DNA of 32,000 bases from Trichodesmium erythraeum IMS101 (GTDB lineage Bacteria > Cyanobacteriota > Cyanobacteriia > Cyanobacteriales > Microcoleaceae), in the NCBI RefSeq assembly GCF_000014265.1, contig NC_008312.1, positions 750,001 to 782,000 on the forward strand, given 5' to 3'. Below, piece after piece: positions 29,543-32,000 of the stretch (its first letter is position 1; each line of letters begins with the position of its first letter). The notes below the pieces were generated by a model, which saw only the letters and a program-made list of their open reading frames with translations, searched no databases and was not told the DNA's origin. The translations under genes were made by a program, and so were the position numbers.

Positions 29543-30718
29543 ATGGAGTTTGCCAAAAAACTAGAAAAAATATCGCCTTATCCCTTAACCGAAATTAACC
29601 GTAAAAAAAATGAATTAATCGACAGAGGAGTTGACATTATCAATTTTGGTGCAGGAGATCCAGACCAACCGACACCAAATCATATTGTTCAAGCAATGCA
29701 TGAAGCAATTAAAGATTCAACAAATCACCATTATCCTCCTATAAAAGGTCTAAAAGAATATAGACAAGCCGCAGCAGATTGGATGAAGCGTAGGTTTGGC
29801 ATTGAAGATTTGAACTCAGAAACAGAGGTAATTTCCTCTATAGGTTCTAAAGAGTCAATTCACAATCTTTTTCTGGCTTTTGTAAATCCAGGGGATTATG
29901 CTATAATACCAGACCCTGGTTATCCAGTTTATCGGACATCAACAATTTTTACATTAGGTCAACCTTACTCGATGCAACTTAGGGCTGAAAATGGATTTTT
30001 ACCAATTTTAAGTAATATTCCTCAAGAAGTAGCTGAAAAAGCTAAATTATTGTGGATTAATTATCCTAATAATCCTACAGGTGCTACAGCTAGCTTAGAG
30101 TTTTTTGAAGAATTAGTAGGTTTTTGTAAACATTATGACATATTGTTATGCCACGACAATGCTTATTCTGAAATAGCTTATGATAATTATAAACCTCCTA
30201 GTATATTACAAGTTCCTAACGCTAAAGATATAGCAATTGAATTTCATAGCTTATCCAAAACCTATAATATGTCAGGATGGCGCATTGGTTTTGTAGCAGG
30301 AAATAGTCTAGGAATAAAAGGATTAAGTCAAGTAAAATCCAACATAGATTCTGGAGTATTTCAAGCCATTCAAAAAGCTGCAACCGAAGCTTTTGTTTCT
30401 ACAACCGAAAAACACTTACAAAGTCTAGTGGCAGTTTATCAAAAACGACGAGATATTCTCATCAAAGGTTTGCAATCTTTAGGTTATCCCATTAAAGCAA
30501 ACTTAGCCAGTTTATATGCATGGGTTCCAGTTCCTAAAAATTATACATCTCAAGAATTTGCTACTCTTTTACTAGAAAAATGTGGCATTATCGTAGTGCC
30601 TGGAAACGCTTATGGTACATCAGGAGAAGGATTTATTCGTATTGCGTTAACAGTAGAAGACAAAAGAATTTCTCAAGCATTACAAAGAATTAAAGATTCA
30701 GGTCTTAATTACATATAA
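29543..30718 (+). CDS. PLP-dependent aminotransferase, class I/II (LL-diaminopimelate-aminotransferase-like / aspartate aminotransferase superfamily)
   Basis: 391 aa. Motifs present: GAGDPDQPTP, NYPNNPTG and the HSLSKTYNMSGWRIG PLP-lysine motif. The substrate cannot be assigned from sequence alone. Confidence 0.85.
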   Translation: MEFAKKLEKISPYPLTEINRKKNELIDRGVDIINFGAGDPDQPTPNHIVQAMHEAIKDSTNHHYPPIKGLKEYRQAAADWMKRRFGIEDLNSETEVISSIGSKESIHNLFLAFVNPGDYAIIPDPGYPVYRTSTIFTLGQPYSMQLRAENGFLPILSNIPQEVAEKAKLLWINYPNNPTGATASLEFFEELVGFCKHYDILLCHDNAYSEIAYDNYKPPSILQVPNAKDIAIEFHSLSKTYNMSGWRIGFVAGNSLGIKGLSQVKSNIDSGVFQAIQKAATEAFVSTTEKHLQSLVAVYQKRRDILIKGLQSLGYPIKANLASLYAWVPVPKNYTSQEFATLLLEKCGIIVVPGNAYGTSGEGFIRIALTVEDKRISQALQRIKDSGLNYI

Positions 30719-30840
30719 ATATTTAGACAAAAAAACTATCCTTTTAAATTGAATTACTATATTTAAGTTTTATTTAATTATTCTCTATTTTTTTTCAACT
30801 ATTTTATTATCTATACTAATCTTATTCTTATATTTTTCAT

Positions 30841-31260
30841 CCATCTTGCAAATTTTTGAGATGGGGGTTTGGAGGAGTGGCACCAATGAGCAATATTTCA
30901 GAGCTTATTTGTAGTTTTTGGACTTGTAAAACCCCTTGATGGAATTCTATATTTTTGTCATCTTCCCCGGTTTTTAGGCAGGGGGAGAAAGTTGATTTGT
31001 ATATCTGATGAGAGCTGACCTCTCATCACCGGCATAACCAGCTCCTCTTAGGGGAGATTTTAGCCGGCATCCAAGTCTATTTAAAGTCTCCAAATACCCG
31101 AGCGCGACTGACCAAAAAATATTGTGGGTTTTTATTTGTACCTTGCTGGAAAGAAGCTGTTCCGAAACCTGAAAGCTTCCTAAGTTCTCCTCAAGGTCGT
31201 GGGGAGAGTTTTGAGGCACCTCTTCTTTTCTACAGTATTTATAATAAATAGAAGAGGGGT
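30841..31260. ncRNA. Candidate structured non-coding RNA or structured element of unknown class (GC-rich island in an AT-rich spacer)
   Basis: One 60-nt line (31021-31080) counts 30/60 G+C, and the flanks are strongly AT-dominated. Stems found by hand: 30841-30846/30859-30864; 30864-30870/30929-30935; 30962-30968/30981-30987 (imperfect); 31007-31014/31020-31027 (8 bp, 5-nt loop); 31029-31033/31063-31067 enclosing 31042-31047/31051-56; 31153-31158/31174-31179; 31219-31226/31250-31257. No convincing coding frame. The strand is undetermined. Confidence 0.35.
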
Positions 31261-31551
31261 AAATAATCAATCTTATTTAAACATGGATTGTCGTCAGATT
31301 GGTGGGCGAGGCTTTAAACTCAATTGTTCGGTAATCAAAAAAATAATGCTCTCAATACTAGACTGTTTCATTTTAAATGAAAGTATGTATGTTAAGTCGG
31401 TATTTACAAAAAAAAGCTTAATTATATTAATTTTTATAAATCAACTTCAAGTTTTTCAATTAAATATGTTCTCAAACTTTTTATAAAAAGGCTAGCGTAA
31501 ATGCTAAGATATGCGCCATTAGTTTTTGTTTAGATGTTAATTCTGAAAAAA

Positions 31552-32000
31552 ATGAATGATGAAAAAACTGTGATTGGTTCTAACTATTCTGGTATTTCTT
31601 ATCTATTGGATAATAATCATAATCAATTTACTGTACCTGTAAATTTACTAATTCCATATTCAGCAGGTCTACAAGCTTTAGATGGAAATGATACAATAAT
31701 AGGCTCATTAAGCCCTGAATTGATTAATGGTAATCAAGGTAACGATAATATTTTTGGTGGAAGTGGTTCTGATACTTTACGAGGTGGTAGAGGTAATGAT
31801 TTTATTGAAGCTGACCAAGGTAACGATCAAGTTTTTGGAGATTTAGGTAAGGATACAGTTTATGGAGAAATCGGAAATGATCAAATTTATGGAGGGAAAG
31901 GAGAGGATATTTTATTCGGAGGCAATGGTAATGATACAATTTATGGGGATTTAGGAAAAGATACATTAATTGGAGAAGCAGGCAATGATATATTTGTTTT
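31552..32000 (+). CDS. RTX-type (hemolysin-type) calcium-binding repeat protein, 5' partial (runs off the window)
   Basis: This frame is not in the ORF track because no stop is reached. ATG at 31552 gives MNDEKTVIGSNYSG...GNQGNDNIFGGSGSDTLRGGRGNDFIEADQGNDQVFGDLGKDTVYGEIGNDQIYGGKGEDILFGGNGNDTIYGDLGKDTLIGEAGNDIFV. These are consecutive GGxGxD-type nonapeptide repeats. Confidence 0.75.
   Translation, partial: MNDEKTVIGSNYSGISYLLDNNHNQFTVPVNLLIPYSAGLQALDGNDTIIGSLSPELINGNQGNDNIFGGSGSDTLRGGRGNDFIEADQGNDQVFGDLGKDTVYGEIGNDQIYGGKGEDILFGGNGNDTIYGDLGKDTLIGEAGNDIFV

Noticed and set aside
30867-30878. Yfr1-like motif: - strand ACUCCUCCAAAC compared with the conserved cyanobacterial Yfr1 core ACUCCUCACAC
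   Set aside because: The match is imperfect. The following hairpin (30841-30864) has no U-tract on the - strand, and the context is a much larger structured region than the ~60-nt Yfr1. There is not enough evidence to call it.
31005-31027. CUGAUGA string (31005-31011, + strand) reminiscent of a hammerhead ribozyme core
   Set aside because: The downstream hairpin is not followed by the required GAAA core element, and no stem I/III arrangement or cleavage-site triplet fits. GAUGAGAG is simply one arm of an 8-bp stem.
30841-31260. Possible RNase P RNA or tmRNA, suggested by size, GC content and structure
   Set aside because: I could not find the universal RNase P strings (GGAAAGUCCGGGCU, ACAGAAxCCGGCUUA) on either strand. 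The tmRNA hallmarks are also missing: no 5' GGGGCUG acceptor start, no GGUUCGAxUCC T-loop followed by CCACCA, and no ANN...AA tag frame. The GGUUUCGGAACAG string at about 31160-31172 (- strand) only superficially resembles the tmRNA GGUUUCGAC segment and is wrongly spaced. The class is left unknown.
30974-31486. Track ORFs 30974..31270 (-) and 31199..31486 (+)
   Set aside because: No recognisable family. The first lies entirely in the hairpin-dense GC-rich island, where a structured RNA is the more likely reading. The second is low-complexity, AT-driven (I/L/F/N/K-rich) sequence, and the two overlap each other.

Overview
Low-GC, AT-rich cyanobacterial chromosome segment. The cyanobacterial assignment rests on nine copies of the HIP1 palindrome GCGATCGC, an RNase E ending in RRRRRRSSA, and an rpsL-rpsG-fusA-tuf-rpsJ cluster. 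A Trichodesmium-like filamentous cyanobacterium is only my guess and cannot be verified here. Gene order: + strand, stand-alone cupin (type II phosphomannose-isomerase C-terminal type), IscA/HesB Fe-S protein, a ~930-nt spacer, rpsL, rpsG, fusA, tuf, rpsJ and a LON N-terminal-domain protein. Then a DUF1997-like protein (-) and pheA (+). Then on the - strand: one giant 3,155-codon ORF, rnhB, rne, a decayed IS200/IS605-type tnpB pseudogene abutting the rne start, and a fused radical-SAM/DUF2344 protein. Finally on the + strand: a 64-aa ORF, a class I/II aminotransferase, and the 5' part of an RTX-type Ca-binding repeat protein running off the window. The giant ORF is the most unusual object. It encodes five tandem TPR + GT9-like glycosyltransferase modules capped by a GT4 domain, and it is full of in-frame near-identical DNA repeats at 24-nt, 204-nt, ~400-nt and ~750-nt scales. 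Other points worth follow-up: a ~400-nt GC-rich, hairpin-dense island in an AT-rich spacer (30841-31260) that I could not assign to any known RNA class; the radical-SAM / IS remnant / rne / rnhB arrangement; recurrent perfect 18-24-nt tandem duplications in spacers; and very long non-coding spacers. By my coordinate arithmetic about a quarter of the window is non-coding. No rRNA, tRNA or CRISPR array was recognised.
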